Shown: positions 9,334 through 21,500, counted from the stretch's first letter. The stretch: 64,000 nt of DNA from Bacillota bacterium (GCA_017889635.1 JAGGAC010000026.1:16145-80144), one strand, 5' to 3'. Translations and numbers: made by a program. The notes: generated by a model from the letters alone, not told the origin.

Positions 9334-9930
9334 TCAAACTATAACATCATACTCCATCCGTTTTGCTGTCGCAACGGCCACTTCACTGCCAAGCAATTGT
9401 TTTATAATATAGAGCGACACATTAATCCCGGCAGAAATGCCTGCTGCAGTAATTATTGAGCCTTCGTCAACATATTTACAATTTTTAACGACTTTAACGG
9501 CAGGAAATTCACGTTCAAGACGGTCAATATCAAGCCAATGTGTGGTGGCATGTTTGCCATCAATGAGACCTGCCTTTGCCAACAAAAATGCGCCTGTACA
9601 CACTGAAACAATAAGCTTTGTGTCAGCCTTACGGCTGCGAATCCACTGGATTACGTGTTCGTTATGTATCTCAATTTCTTCTGCTCCATAGCCGCCGGGA
9701 ATAATAAGAATATCAAAATCAGGCGAATTATTAAAACTATAATGCGGCTGGACCAATAACCCGTTTCGCGCCTTTACTACTGTTCCATACTGTGAAATTG
9801 TCTGAACTAAAAATGGTTTGTCTTGTCTATCAGGAAAAGAAGTCAGGGAAAAAACTTCAAACGGTCCTGCGAAATCTAATACTTCCACCTCATCAAATAA
9901 AAGTATCCCCACTCGCCAAAACCTATCCAT
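9334..9930 (-). CDS. DJ-1/PfpI family protein (isonitrile hydratase/AraC-GATase1-like)
   Basis: EVLDFAGPFEVF, IPGGYG, SVCTGA, ATTHW, TAAGISAG motifs; RBS-supported ATG at 9930. Confidence 0.85.
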   Translation of the reverse strand: MDRFWRVGILLFDEVEVLDFAGPFEVFSLTSFPDRQDKPFLVQTISQYGTVVKARNGLLVQPHYSFNNSPDFDILIIPGGYGAEEIEIHNEHVIQWIRSRKADTKLIVSVCTGAFLLAKAGLIDGKHATTHWLDIDRLEREFPAVKVVKNCKYVDEGSIITAAGISAGINVSLYIIKQLLGSEVAVATAKRMEYDVIV

Positions 9931-9968
9931 CTCATCCTCCACTTACTATTCGTCAGTTAAATAGTCTC

Positions 9969-11072
9969 TCATTCGCCGCTTGAGACCATTTGCCGCTTGA
10001 AAATACAGATCGTACCGCCAGGATTGTAACACTTATTACAGAAAACGCATTTTGCGGGGTCCAATTCTCCACGCTGCCAGCGGTTAATAAGATCAGTTTC
10101 ACGAATCAGCGAGCGGCTAAGCGCAATATATTCAATAGCGGTTTGATTAATAATCTCTGTCAGTTGATTAAATTCTCGGTTACCGCCCACCAAAATAACC
10201 GGAACCGTTAATTCTTGTGCCAATTCATCTGCATACGGTCTAAAATACGACTCTTGACCCCGCCTTATTAATCTTGACGGTCCCTTGTTCATCCGTGATG
10301 AGCGACTGCCGCCGCTTACCTCAATAGCGCTTATTCCAAGTTCCGCTAAGGTTTTACAAACATATTTGCATTCTTCAAAAGTCATACCTTGATCCATAAA
10401 ATCTTCACAATTAATTTTAATCAGGATTGGATATTCCGGACCTACCTTTTCCCTGACTGCCTTATATGTTTCCACAACCATTCTAGCCCTGTTTTCAATA
10501 CTGCCGCCATAACAGTCTGTTCGCTGATTATAATAAGGATTTAGAAATTTGCTTAACAAGTAGCCATGGGCGCTATGCAGCTGAACACCATCGAAACCAG
10601 CCTTTTTAGCCCGAAGTGCAGCATCAGCGAACGCAGTTTGTACAAACAAAATCTCCTCAGTTGTCATTTCTTGGGGAGTAGTATTGTAACCCGTATCAAG
10701 TACTTTGCTTGGCCCCCACATTACCTTGCCGCCGGCTAACTCAGGTGAAGCTTGGGAACCAAGACAGGCAAGCTGCATAATTATATTGCCGCCATAACTA
10801 TGAACGACATCCACAAGCTTCTTATATTCGTCAATATAGGAATCATCATAAAGAGCCATTTGTCCCTGATAAAGCTGTTCTAACTTAGTTACAGCCGTAA
10901 GTCCGGTGATAATTGTCCCCACTCCTCCTCTCGCCAAATTTTCATAAACCTGAACTAACTCCTGAGTCATGCGCCCGTCTTCACCAGCTACGCCATCATA
11001 AGTAGCCGAGCGAAAAAATCTGTTTTTTAGCTTCATACCAGCAAATTGTGTTTGGTCAAATAACGATTTCAT
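9969..11072 (-). CDS. NADH:flavin oxidoreductase (Old Yellow Enzyme family)
   Basis: KNRFFRSAT, AGFDGVQLHSAHGYLL, RTDxYGGS; C-terminal CxxCxxC. Confidence 0.9.
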   Translation of the reverse strand: MKSLFDQTQFAGMKLKNRFFRSATYDGVAGEDGRMTQELVQVYENLARGGVGTIITGLTAVTKLEQLYQGQMALYDDSYIDEYKKLVDVVHSYGGNIIMQLACLGSQASPELAGGKVMWGPSKVLDTGYNTTPQEMTTEEILFVQTAFADAALRAKKAGFDGVQLHSAHGYLLSKFLNPYYNQRTDCYGGSIENRARMVVETYKAVREKVGPEYPILIKINCEDFMDQGMTFEECKYVCKTLAELGISAIEVSGGSRSSRMNKGPSRLIRRGQESYFRPYADELAQELTVPVILVGGNREFNQLTEIINQTAIEYIALSRSLIRETDLINRWQRGELDPAKCVFCNKCYNPGGTICIFKRQMVSSGE

Positions 11073-11138
11073 TGCTTCACCCTTTACAAATTTTTATATT
11101 TCAGCCTGCAAAAATATGCTATCATGTTGAAAAAACGT

Positions 11139-11903
11139 TTATTTATTAGTTTTTTTATCCGCTTCGATCAATAGACGAACTGCTTCCACAGCAACTTCAA
11201 TTGCGGCGCTTGGATCATGAATATGGTCATTAGGCAAGCCTGCCTTTTCCCGTTCCTGATTCCACACAACGGATAGTACGCACCCCGCTCTGGCCCTAAG
11301 AACACTAGCCACAATATAGAGCGCTGCTGACTCCATTTCCGAAGCCAAACATCCCGCTTTAATCCAGGCGTCCCATTTATAGTTTAGCTCGGCGCCAACT
11401 GGCATACGATTAGGATTGTGCTGTCCGTAGAATGAATCTTTGCACTGAACAACGCCGGTATGAAAACTCTTGCCCAAATTAGCAGCAGCATTCACCAGGG
11501 CAGTGGTAACACTAAAATCAGCAACAGCCGGATATTCGATTGGAGCATACTCTTTCGAGGTCCCCTCCATACGTACTGCAGCAGTCGCCACCACCACATC
11601 ACCGCTCAGCACCTGTTCCTGCATACCGCCGCAGGTACCAATTCTGATAAAGGTTCGAACCCCGGTCATATATAGTTCCTCAACAGCAATCGCCGCCGAC
11701 GGGCCGCCAATACCGGTAGAAGTAACCAACACCCGCTCTCCATTTAACAAACCTGCATATGTAGTGTATTCCCTGTTGGTTTTTACAGGTGATGGATTTT
11801 CTAACAACCGGGCGATTTTTTCCACCCGGCCTGGATCACCGGGAAGTATGGCATATTTTGCCCCCTGCTCCAGAGTCAAACCAATATGATAAAGTTCTTT
11901 CAT
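11139..11903 (-). CDS. udp: Uridine phosphorylase
   Basis: [32 protein letters not shown] motifs. Confidence 0.9.
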   Translation of the reverse strand: MKELYHIGLTLEQGAKYAILPGDPGRVEKIARLLENPSPVKTNREYTTYAGLLNGERVLVTSTGIGGPSAAIAVEELYMTGVRTFIRIGTCGGMQEQVLSGDVVVATAAVRMEGTSKEYAPIEYPAVADFSVTTALVNAAANLGKSFHTGVVQCKDSFYGQHNPNRMPVGAELNYKWDAWIKAGCLASEMESAALYIVASVLRARAGCVLSVVWNQEREKAGLPNDHIHDPSAAIEVAVEAVRLLIEADKKTNK

Positions 11904-11969
11904 CCAAATACCTCCCTGTATTCACCCCAATTTAGCACTTTCTTTAGCGCCGCATTTTATTGGTAGTAT

Positions 11970-12620
11970 TTACGCGCCCTGAATAATAGCTATACTTGCA
12001 CTGGTGCCTAATCTGTCGGCACCGGCTTCCAGCATTGCCACTGCGCGCGCATAATCGCTGATTCCTCCGGAAGCCTTTATTTTTATTCGGTCCCCGACGC
12101 ATTCTTTCAGCAGCCTAATATCCTCCAGCGTAGCTCCGCTGCCGGAAAATCCAGTGGATGTTTTGACAAAATCAGCACCAGCCGCAATTGCAGTCAGACA
12201 AGCCTGCCGTTTTTCGTCATCATTCAGGAGGCAGGTTTCCAGGATTACTTTGACAAGCGCCTTCCCTTTTACAGCCTGCACCACGCTGGCGATATCCTGC
12301 TCAACACACTCCCAGTTGCCGGACTTAAGTGCGCCAACATTAATCACCATATCCACTTCGGCCGCACCATTCGCTATCGCCTCAACTGCTTCAGCACACT
12401 TAATATTAGTGGTATTCGCCCCAAGCGGAAATCCGATCACGGTGCATACCAGTACCCCGGTGCCTTCTAAACAAGCGGTAGCAGACTGAACCTGACATGG
12501 ATTAACGCAGACCGACTTGAACTTATGTTCCTTGGCCTCATTGCAAAGAGCTATAATTTGCTCTTTAGTCGCTTGTGGTTTAAGCAACGTATGGTCAATT
12601 TTGAGAGCAATTTGCCGCAT
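11970..12620 (-). CDS. deoC: Deoxyribose-phosphate aldolase
   Basis: [30 protein letters not shown]; true start at ATG 12620. Confidence 0.95.
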   Translation of the reverse strand: MRQIALKIDHTLLKPQATKEQIIALCNEAKEHKFKSVCVNPCQVQSATACLEGTGVLVCTVIGFPLGANTTNIKCAEAVEAIANGAAEVDMVINVGALKSGNWECVEQDIASVVQAVKGKALVKVILETCLLNDDEKRQACLTAIAAGADFVKTSTGFSGSGATLEDIRLLKECVGDRIKIKASGGISDYARAVAMLEAGADRLGTSASIAIIQGA

Positions 12621-12753
12621 ATACTTCACCTTCCTGCTTGTTATCAATAGTATGGCACAGTATGAAAACCTAATCTCATTAATATACACAAAAAAATTAT
12701 ACCAATAGTTAACCATTACTTGTTTATTTTCATCAGTCTTAATCCAAGAATAT

Positions 12754-13587
12754 TCACCTGCTGTTAGACGTAATAATGTCAGCACGACTTATAAACGGAT
12801 GATGATACCTTAATCGTCCTGCGGTCCGCCCAAACTCAATGCTCTCTTCTGGACAGAAATGTAAACATGCCAAACATTCCTGGCAATGCGACTTCCATTC
12901 CGGTCGACCATTGACTAAGCGAATATTATCAACAGGGCAAATCTTTTCACAAATTCCACATGATGTACAACCAGCAGAACTTGAAAATTTGCGGTCATTT
13001 TTAGGCAGCAGACTTTTTCGCCAAAAGCTGTTAATTGCCGAACAAGGCAGCCAAAAATATTCCGTTTCGATTGTCCGTATTTTTATCCGGATTATTTCTG
13101 CCAGTGCCTTAAGTCTATTATCGGCGTTTGTTAATATTATGTCCTGCTTATGCTGCGGTGGAAGGTTGGAAAGAGGAATATAGTTTGAAATCATCTCAAC
13201 ATGAAATCCGGCAGTTAATTTCTTTCCTTTATTGACTAATAATTTATTCAACTGATTAAACGCACTGCTAAAATAGTGGTTTCCACAGGTTACAATAGCA
13301 AATACGTACCCCACTGATTTCATGTCCAGTTTACTAATAAATTCGGCTACTATTGGCGGCATACCAAAATAATGCATAGGAAATACAAAGCCGATACTCT
13401 CAGCATCAGTAGTTACAGTTTCTTCTTTATTAGCCGAAGCTATCGAAATCAGGGGGCAATTAGGCAAGCTTTGGCTAATTGTCTTGGCAGCATATAATGA
13501 GTTTCCGGTTGCGGAAAAGTAGTAGATAATTTGTTTTGCAGCAGAATCCTTTAATTTTATTCCTTGCTCATTCATCAGCTGACACAT
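12754..13587 (-). CDS. EFR1 family flavodoxin-ferredoxin protein
   Basis: YYFSATGNS flavodoxin motif plus two CxxCxxCxxxCP 4Fe-4S motifs. Confidence 0.85.
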   Translation of the reverse strand: MCQLMNEQGIKLKDSAAKQIIYYFSATGNSLYAAKTISQSLPNCPLISIASANKEETVTTDAESIGFVFPMHYFGMPPIVAEFISKLDMKSVGYVFAIVTCGNHYFSSAFNQLNKLLVNKGKKLTAGFHVEMISNYIPLSNLPPQHKQDIILTNADNRLKALAEIIRIKIRTIETEYFWLPCSAINSFWRKSLLPKNDRKFSSSAGCTSCGICEKICPVDNIRLVNGRPEWKSHCQECLACLHFCPEESIEFGRTAGRLRYHHPFISRADIITSNSR

Positions 13588-13738
13588 TCCTTTCTTAACT
13601 CAAAACAAAATAAATTATTGTCAAGAGGCTTACCAGCACTCTAATGAACCTTTTTTACAACTAACTATACCTTATGGTTATTTCATATATTTGTCAATGC
13701 TATAGCCTTTAGATCTATCTCAGTCAACCAATATTAGT

Positions 13739-13790
13739 TAAAAACCCGTTTAAAACTTATCGTTTTAAACGGGTTTTTACTGCATTTTTT
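13739..13790 (-). terminator. Intrinsic terminator after GerMN gene
   Basis: AAAAACCCGTTTAAAAC / GTTTTAAACGGGTTTTT inverted repeat. Confidence 0.65.
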
Positions 13791-14387
13791 CTAGCGCTTA
13801 ATCAGATTCTCTGACCGAGCAAGGGGTTGACTAGTATCAAGATGTCCTGTAATGGTATCGATTTTTTTGCCATTAACCATAATCTGTACTTTTTCAACCT
13901 CTGGAAATTCTGTCAGAGTATCAACTATTGCTGCAACAAGCATCATCTCAGCAGTTGATCCGCCATGATTACTTTTTATTAAATCGTCACTAAAATCGGC
14001 GTAGGCAATGTGATTTTTTACTTTTACGCCTAGCACCTTAGTGCCAGCAGGTACTACCGATACTAGCTGTGAACTCTGCGGACCTGCAACCAAATTCTCA
14101 AGGGCTGTTTGAAGCGGATGCTCGGTTTTGGGTACAGATTGAGTCTCTGGAACTAAGTACATAGCATCTTCAGTTGCATGATAGGTTGTAACTTGCATCA
14201 TTTCCTGAGCTTTTGGGGAATTTTTCGGAGCTGGAGCAGGCAATTCCTGCTGATTTTGCTTCACATTGACGTCAACATTCGGCGCTGCTGTATCATTACC
14301 GTCGCTTTTGGGAGGTGGTGCACCACAACCAGCTGCCAACCCAAGCATCACAACAAGTACAGCACAGATAACATATCTCGGAAACAT
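13791..14387 (-). CDS. GerMN domain lipoprotein
   Basis: Lipobox LAAGC; GGSTAE, IVDTLTEFPEVEKVQIMVNG GerMN pattern. Confidence 0.85.
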   Translation of the reverse strand: MFPRYVICAVLVVMLGLAAGCGAPPPKSDGNDTAAPNVDVNVKQNQQELPAPAPKNSPKAQEMMQVTTYHATEDAMYLVPETQSVPKTEHPLQTALENLVAGPQSSQLVSVVPAGTKVLGVKVKNHIAYADFSDDLIKSNHGGSTAEMMLVAAIVDTLTEFPEVEKVQIMVNGKKIDTITGHLDTSQPLARSENLIKR

Positions 14388-15481
14388 TAATTTATACCTC
14401 CTAGTTTAGCGGCTTGAACAAAGAAATTGTTTACTCCGTTGACAATGCCTTGAGCAAGCTTTTGCTGGAATTGAGGCGTATTAAGCAGTTTTTCCTCACT
14501 AGGGTTTGACAGAAAAGCCAATTCGACAAGTACAGCGGGCATAGCAGTATTTTTGAGCACATAGAAGTTAGCCGGGTAAATGCCCCGATCACTTAGACCA
14601 CTCGCTTTGACCATGCCATCTTGGAGATTCTGAGCCAGCAGTTTGCCATAGATTGTATTTTTATAGAAATACGATCCTATACCGCCGACTTGGGAATTTT
14701 GAAACGAATTGGCATGGATAGATAAAAATATATCAGCATTATTTCTATTGCCAACCTCGGCTCGGGCGCTTAATTCTTCTGTGGCGCTGTCATTCGGTGC
14801 GTAAACATCACGATCATTTACCCGAGTCATATATACTTTTGCTCCAGCTTTCTCTAGGAGTGCCTTTACTTCCATCGCTACAGCTAAAGTCACAGCTTTT
14901 TCCTGAACACCATTCGGCCCAATAGCCCCGCTATCAGTGCCGCCATGCCCTGGATCGACAGCAATCACCTTGCCTTTCAAGCTGGGAGTAAAGTTGAAGT
15001 TTGGAACTGACAGGGGCTTGTCAATATCAATAACAACCCGGAAAGGTCGATTTGTCGCTGTGTCCTCCGGCAATGTATATACCTTACACTCAGTATCATC
15101 AATTGCTTCCGGCAAATTAATTACTAGCCGACAGTCAGACTTGTCCAACGACGAAATACTTAGATCACTGGCAATTTTTCCGTCAAGAACAATATTGTTT
15201 GCAACATTTCCTAACTCAGCCCCTTTAATATCGACAATAAGCTGGGGGGTTGGCGAACTACTTAACGACTTGGAAACCTGTACCGGGCCAGTAACTTCAA
15301 CTACTAACCGCAGACTCTTTTCCCCGGTAACTCCGTCAGTACGAACAGCATGCCTAACACTAGATAAACGAGTTAATGAGTCTTGCTTAGAAGCTCCGGC
15401 ATCAACCGGAACAGCTAATGCAAGCTGCGATATGATTATAATCTGTAACATCAGCACTGATAGCATCTTTTTCAGCGGCAT
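14387..15481 (-). CDS. N-acetylmuramoyl-L-alanine amidase (AMIN + Amidase_3)
   Basis: Signal peptide; DPGHGG, SIHAN, VLVELAFLSN motifs. Confidence 0.9.
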   Translation of the reverse strand: MPLKKMLSVLMLQIIIISQLALAVPVDAGASKQDSLTRLSSVRHAVRTDGVTGEKSLRLVVEVTGPVQVSKSLSSSPTPQLIVDIKGAELGNVANNIVLDGKIASDLSISSLDKSDCRLVINLPEAIDDTECKVYTLPEDTATNRPFRVVIDIDKPLSVPNFNFTPSLKGKVIAVDPGHGGTDSGAIGPNGVQEKAVTLAVAMEVKALLEKAGAKVYMTRVNDRDVYAPNDSATEELSARAEVGNRNNADIFLSIHANSFQNSQVGGIGSYFYKNTIYGKLLAQNLQDGMVKASGLSDRGIYPANFYVLKNTAMPAVLVELAFLSNPSEEKLLNTPQFQQKLAQGIVNGVNNFFVQAAKLGGIN

Positions 15482-15555
15482 AAGCAGTTCCTCCTAAAAA
15501 TTTTTGCAACAATTAAATAATAATTGAGGGCTGATTTTTTTTGTTATTAAAAGTC

Positions 15556-15600
15556 ATTATAGCATCCTATCATTACAATTTTGTTACAATTTTTTTTACA
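15556..15600 (-). promoter_or_regulatory. WalR-like direct repeat TGTAAC-N5-TGTAAT, 10 bp upstream of TATAAT (amidase operon)
   Basis: Half-sites at 15583-15588 and 15572-15577; -10 at 15556-15561; third half-site TGTAAA at 15595-15600. Confidence 0.7.
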
Positions 15601-15635
15601 GGCATTGCCATATATGTATAAATAAATTAATATAG

Positions 15636-15657
15636 TAAATAGTATTATTACTATTTA
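15636..15657. promoter_or_regulatory. Zur-box-like palindrome
   Basis: TAAATAGTA-TTAT-TACTATTTA directly before the RBS of the Fur-family gene. Confidence 0.6.
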
Positions 15658-15673
15658 GGATGGTGTGTAAGTA

Positions 15674-16096
15674 ATGGAAAAATTATTGAATGCGCTCCGG
15701 GCTAAGGGTTACAAAATGACACCACAGCGCCGAGCCGTCGCAGCCGCTTTAATCAAGTGCGGAAAATTTGCCACAGCCCAGCAATTGCTGTTACAAGTCA
15801 AGCAAACAACACCCGATGTCAGTCTAGATACAATCTATCGCAACCTCAGTCTTTTTGTAAAATTGGGCTTGGTAACCGAAATCCATCTTCCTGGCCGGGA
15901 AGGTAATATATTTGAAGTAACTACTAATCAACACCATCATCATTTAGTTTGTATTAACTGTGGTAAAACCGAGTGTTTGGATTACTGCCCAATCAGCAGC
16001 CACGATCTCGAGAAAGCTCGGGAACGGGACTTTCAAATTATATCGCATGCTTTAGAATTCTATGGTTACTGCCGCACATGCCGGACGGCAGGATAA
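15674..16096 (+). CDS. Fur family transcriptional regulator (Zur-like)
   Basis: TPQRRAV, SLDTIYRNL, HHHHLVCINCG, C-terminal CRTC; next to a Zn-binding lipoprotein. Confidence 0.85.
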   Translation: MEKLLNALRAKGYKMTPQRRAVAAALIKCGKFATAQQLLLQVKQTTPDVSLDTIYRNLSLFVKLGLVTEIHLPGREGNIFEVTTNQHHHHLVCINCGKTECLDYCPISSHDLEKARERDFQIISHALEFYGYCRTCRTAG

Positions 16097-16129
16097 CCAA
16101 CTAACTAACAACCAAGGAGAGATATTATT

Positions 16130-17074
16130 ATGAAACTTAACGTAAAATCCATACTTATCCTGGCATTATCGTTATTATTGCCTATTTCACTGGCAGGGTG
16201 CGCCAATACTGCCAATACAGCTAAGTCGGCTGGAAAACTAAAGGTTGTAACTTCGATTTATCCGGTATATGAGTTCACCAAACAAGTAGGCGGCGATAAA
16301 GTTGACGTCAGCATGCTGGTGCCGCAAGGAGCCGAACCGCATGATTGGGAGCCGACAGCCACCCAACTCATCCAGATCAAATCCGCTAAACTCTTTTTGT
16401 ATCACGGAGCCGGCATGGAAAATCTCGATAAAATATTGAATCAAGATACACTAGGAACTGCCAAGGCGGTAGCGGTAAGCCAAAATATACAACCCCTAAA
16501 TGAGGAACATACTGGTGAGAATGAAGCTGATCATAGTGCCGGTCATAACCACCCGGACGCTCATATGTGGCTTGATCCCTTATCCGCCCAACAGGAAGTA
16601 TTAAATATTGCGCAGGCTCTTCAGGCTGTTGATCCTGAAAACAGCGACTACTATAAACAAAATGCTGAAAAATATAACAAAGAGTTAGCACAGCTTGACC
16701 AAGAATACCAAAGAACACTCAATAATCTTCCCAGGCGGGACATCATTACCAGTCATGCAGCCTTTAGTTATCTTACTAAGCGTTATAACTTGACCCAAGT
16801 AGCTATTATGGGACTAGCTCCCGACAGCGAACCGACCCCCGAAAAACTGGCTAATATAATCGACTTCTGCAAAAAACACAAGGTTAAATATATCTTCTTT
16901 GAAACGCTGGTTAGTCCAAAACTGTCCGAAACTGTAGCCCGGGAAACAGGGGCAAAACTACTTGTGCTTAATCCGCTTGAAAGCCTGACAGTCGACGAAA
17001 CAAATCAAGGTAAAAACTATATCACGGTTATGCAGGATAATCTAGCTAATCTAAAAATAGCACTTAGCGAATAG
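16130..17074 (+). CDS. Zn/Mn ABC transporter substrate-binding lipoprotein (ZnuA/AdcA-like)
   Basis: Lipobox LAGC; EPHDWEP, His-rich loop, DAHMWLDP, TSHAAFSY. Confidence 0.9.
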   Translation: MKLNVKSILILALSLLLPISLAGCANTANTAKSAGKLKVVTSIYPVYEFTKQVGGDKVDVSMLVPQGAEPHDWEPTATQLIQIKSAKLFLYHGAGMENLDKILNQDTLGTAKAVAVSQNIQPLNEEHTGENEADHSAGHNHPDAHMWLDPLSAQQEVLNIAQALQAVDPENSDYYKQNAEKYNKELAQLDQEYQRTLNNLPRRDIITSHAAFSYLTKRYNLTQVAIMGLAPDSEPTPEKLANIIDFCKKHKVKYIFFETLVSPKLSETVARETGAKLLVLNPLESLTVDETNQGKNYITVMQDNLANLKIALSE

Positions 17075-17076
17075 TA

Positions 17077-17136
17077 GTATAATAAAAAGAGGTAAAGCTG
17101 GTTCAGTACAAATCAGCTCTACCTCTTTTTATTATA
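17077..17136. terminator. Bidirectional terminator between convergent genes
   Basis: TATAATAAAAAGAGGTA...TACCTCTTTTTATTATA inverted repeat. Confidence 0.65.
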
Positions 17137-17153
17137 AAAGAAATTTCAAAGTC

Positions 17154-18449
17154 CTATTCCACGCTTACTCCTATTGCTTTATCTAAACGGGCCCGGCTGA
17201 CATTATAGTCATACAGCGCTTGGATATTGTTGGTTTTCGCAGTATTTAGGGCCAACTCGGCGTCAATAACATCAAGGTTGATTCCTATGCCGCTATTATA
17301 GCGTTTAAGGGCCACCGTAAAGTTAGTCTGAGCTTCCTCCACTGCCACCTTGCTTGTTTCAATACGCTTTTCAGCTTCTTTCAGGCTTAAATAAGCCTGA
17401 CTGGCTTCGAGCGTAATATTATCCCCAATTTCCTTTACCTGTTCCCTGGCTTTAATTAACGCATACTTAGCTTTCTCTATTTTAGCCGAACCTACCCCGG
17501 AATCCAATATATTCCACTCAGCTATCAACGCGGCAGTCCAGTGACTATAGTCTGTTCCTGGATACTCTATATTATTCCAGACATTTGTTCCGACCAAATT
17601 GACAGTTGGCCGCTTTTCCCCTTTGGCAATTTTCATTTGAGTTTCGGCAATTGCTAAGTTAGTTTTTACCTGATCTACTTCAAGCCGATGCTTTAACGCA
17701 TAATTAATGCTATCATCCATCGTCAGCGGATACTTATCGTATTTTAATTCCGCCTTCAATTTCAGTTCGCCGCGCAGGGGAAGTCCCATCACATGATTGA
17801 GCCGGTACACAGCCATCTCATAATTATTCTGAGCCTTTATCAAATTATCCTCAACATTAGCCACCTGAACCTTAGTCCTAAGTACATCGGCCTTAGCAAC
17901 AACCCCAACCTCAAATTGCCGTTCAACATTTCTCTGGTGGTTCGTGAGAGCATCCACCGATTGTTGGGTTACATTAACCATATTTCTGGTGGCAAGCACT
18001 TGATAAAAATCTGTTGTCGCCTCTAATTTTATGTCTTGTTTACTTGTTTGGAAACTTAAATTAGCTACTTTCGACCCCAGCTTTTGCGCCTCGACTGCGT
18101 TTTCCAGTTTACCTCCGCTGTAGAGCGGCACCGCCAACGTCAGTTTGTGACTAAAGTAATTATACGGCGACACCGCAGCCAGGGATGCCACATAGGTTGG
18201 CGGCTCGGTGGAACGCATATTGGTATTAGTATAAGTAAGCGAAAAGCCTTTATTGCCTTTGGATTCTTCTACTTCCCATAACGCTTTTTCTTTATCAGCT
18301 GCCGCCATTTTTACCCCATGGCTGTTTTTTAGCGCTAAATTAACACTATCCTCAAGTGTTAATTCGAGGGGATTTGCTAGTACCGGCTGCGTCACCATAA
18401 GTAAAGCAGAAATTATAAGCATTTTAGTAGTATAACGTGATCGTTTCAC
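17154..18449 (-). CDS. TolC family outer membrane efflux protein
   Basis: Signal peptide, LTLEDSVNLALKN, PLYSGG, two OEP repeats. Confidence 0.9.
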   Translation of the reverse strand: MKRSRYTTKMLIISALLMVTQPVLANPLELTLEDSVNLALKNSHGVKMAAADKEKALWEVEESKGNKGFSLTYTNTNMRSTEPPTYVASLAAVSPYNYFSHKLTLAVPLYSGGKLENAVEAQKLGSKVANLSFQTSKQDIKLEATTDFYQVLATRNMVNVTQQSVDALTNHQRNVERQFEVGVVAKADVLRTKVQVANVEDNLIKAQNNYEMAVYRLNHVMGLPLRGELKLKAELKYDKYPLTMDDSINYALKHRLEVDQVKTNLAIAETQMKIAKGEKRPTVNLVGTNVWNNIEYPGTDYSHWTAALIAEWNILDSGVGSAKIEKAKYALIKAREQVKEIGDNITLEASQAYLSLKEAEKRIETSKVAVEEAQTNFTVALKRYNSGIGINLDVIDAELALNTAKTNNIQALYDYNVSRARLDKAIGVSVE

Positions 18450-18514
18450 AAAACTGACCCCCTATAGCATTTTTCAGCTTAATATTCTCATCAACTATAT
18501 TTCTGCCATAGCTA

Positions 18515-21500
18515 TTACATCTTTCGAGTGTTTGTACTTACTGTTGACTTATCTTGATCCAGTGAAACTTTGTACCAGGCAGCATACATTGTCGGAAGAA
18601 CTAACAGGGTCAAGACTGTTGCTCCAAAAAGCCCGGCAGCAATTGCTACCGCCATAGGTCCCCAGAAAACGCTTGATACAAGGGGAATCATCCCCAGGAT
18701 AGCCGCAGCAGCGGTCAGCATAATCGGCCGGAATCTAATAACAGCCGCGTTTATTATTGCATCCCAAAGTGCTTCGCCGGCAGCAATCTGCTGTTCGATC
18801 TGGTCAATAAGAATAACTGAGTTCCTCATGATGATACCCATCAAAGCAAGTATGCCGAGTTGTACCACAAACCCCATGGGACTCCCGGTTAAGAGAAGCC
18901 CCAGGCTGACGCCAATAATGCCAAGCGGCGCAGTCAGCAAAGTCAGAATCATTTTCGGGATACTCTGTAGTTGGAACATAAGCAAGGTAAGAATAGCCAA
19001 AATCATCATCGGAATCGGCGCCATTAAAAAGGTTCCCGCCTTCTTACTCATCTCCAAAGGCCCGTCGATATCGATACTGTATCCTGCCGGCAGATTGTCA
19101 CGTACTTCCTTAAGTTTGTCATAAACTTTCTGCGCAGCATCATTCCCCATCGTTCCCTGAGTTACATTAGCCTGAATCGTAATCGTCGGCTTCAAATTCC
19201 GGCGCCAAATTAAACCTTCTTCAGCATCATAGCTTATTTTAGCAATCTGACCGAGTGGAACATACTTACCATTGCCAATCGAAATATTTATATCTTTTAT
19301 TTGATTTAAGTCTTTCTTGTTCTCATCGGCAAGACGAAAAACGATACTGACGGTTTTATCTTTTTCACGATACTCAGTTATCGGCGCTCCAGTTAAATAG
19401 GTCTGAAGACTCATCGCCAGACTCTGACTGTCAAGGCCAAGTGCCCTGGCCTTATCCTGATCGATATTTAGACGCATTACCTTGCTTTTCTCGTTCCAGT
19501 CGAAATTGATATCTTTAATTATCTCTTCCTTAGCCATAATATCCTCGACCTGTCCAGCAATTTCCCGAACCTTATCATGATCATGACCAGTAATTCTAAG
19601 TGCAACCGGGTATGGATTTGGCGGCCCCATTTGGATTACTGAAGTATTCGCGCGAACATTAGGAAAGTCTTCAGCAAACAAAGCCTGGACCTTTTTCTCC
19701 AGTTCTTTACGGGCCGTAAAATCTTTGGCGACAATAACAACCTGGGCATAACTAGTATCAGGAAGAGAAGGCGTTGCAGTCAACACAAAGCGGGGTGCGC
19801 TCTGGCCAACATAATAAGTGTAACTGACCATATTGGGATCATCGGCAATAAGCTGGGCAAACCTTTGTACTTCCTGTTCGGTTGCCGCTTGCGACGAGCC
19901 TTGCGGCAACCGCATGTCAACCATAAGTTCCGGACGAGTCGACGCTGGGAAAAATTCTTGTTTGACCAGTCCCAGGAGAGCCACTGAGCCGATAAAGCTG
20001 ACGCCAGTTATCCCGAGCACTAATTTCCTGTGACTAAGACACCATACCAATACACTTTTAAACAATCGATAAAACTTTTTGTCATAAATATCTGCTTCCT
20101 GTCCATGCTCGCCTGCTGGTTTTACTTTTACCAATAGATAACCAATAAGCGGAGTAACTGTGCCGGCAACGCCCCATGATATCAGCAAAGCGATTGTTAC
20201 AACCGTAAAAATACTGCCCACAAACTCGGCGGCACTTCCGGGAGAAAATCCTACCGGGATAAAGCCGGCGCAGGTAACAAGTGCTCCGGTCAGACGAGGA
20301 TAGGCCGTGGCGGTGTAAGCGAAGCAGGCGGCGTCAAACCTGGTCCACCCCTGTTCAAGTTTGACATTCATCGTTTCCACAACGATAATAGCATCATCCA
20401 CCAACAGCCCAAGAGCAATGATGAGTGCGCCCAACGAAATCTTCTGGAGATCAATACCGAATATATTCATTGCAATAAATACCCCGCAAATAACCAGGGG
20501 TATACAAAGCGCAACAACTATCCCAGATCTAACACCAAGACTTATGAAGCTAACGATAAGAACAATAAGAATCGCTTCAGCCAAAGATTCAACAAATTCG
20601 TTAATCGACGCTTTAACGACCTTGGGCTGATTGGCCACCGTATTTAGCTCCATTCCCAGCGGTAAACTTTTCTTGACCTCGGTCACTGTTTTTTCGAGGT
20701 TTTCCCCCATCGAAAGTACGTTACCGCCCTTTTCCATTGAAACAGCCAATCCGATGGCCGGCTGACCATTATAAAACATTTTTGGTTCCGCCGGCTCAAC
20801 ATAACTACGTTCTACTTTTGCAATATCACCCAGCCGAAAAGACTTACCGCCAGCACGAATAGGCAGACTTCGTAAAGCTTCGATATCTTCGAACATGCCG
20901 CTAACCCTTATGTATACATCATCAGATGTGGTCTCAAGCATGCCCGAAGGCGCCATAGCATTCTGGGCCTGCACGGCACTCACAATTAGGCCTGGATCAA
21001 TGCCTAACTGTGCCAGTTTGCTGCTTTCCATTTTAACATATATTTTTTCAGGCTGCACTCCAACCAGGTCGACTTTTTTTACATTAGGCACACTGAGCAA
21101 TGTTCGGCGGATTTTCTCAGCATTTTCCCGCATCTCTTCATAACTATAACCATCGCCAGTCATAGCATAAATAGTGCCAAACACGTCATCAAAACGGTCA
21201 TTAAAGTACGGACCGACAACACCTTGGGGCAGCGTTCCTTTTATATCGTTAACCATGTTACGTACTTCCAGCCAGGTAGGTCTAACCGAGGCTTCTGAAA
21301 TTGTATCTTTGAGGTTAACATAGATAACCGCCTGCCCGGTACTGGAGAAACTTTTTACATAGTCAATCCCGGGGGTATCCTGAAGCTTTCTTTCAATCTT
21401 ATCGGTAACCTGTTCCTCCACCTGACGGGCGGTGGCGCCAGGCCAGGCAACACTTACAACCATCTGCCTGATTGTAAAATCCGGGTCCTCCAGCCGTCCA

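Noticed and set aside
12621-12785. N-terminal extension of deoC in the ORF track
   Set aside because: Overlaps the upstream gene; an RBS supports ATG at 12620.
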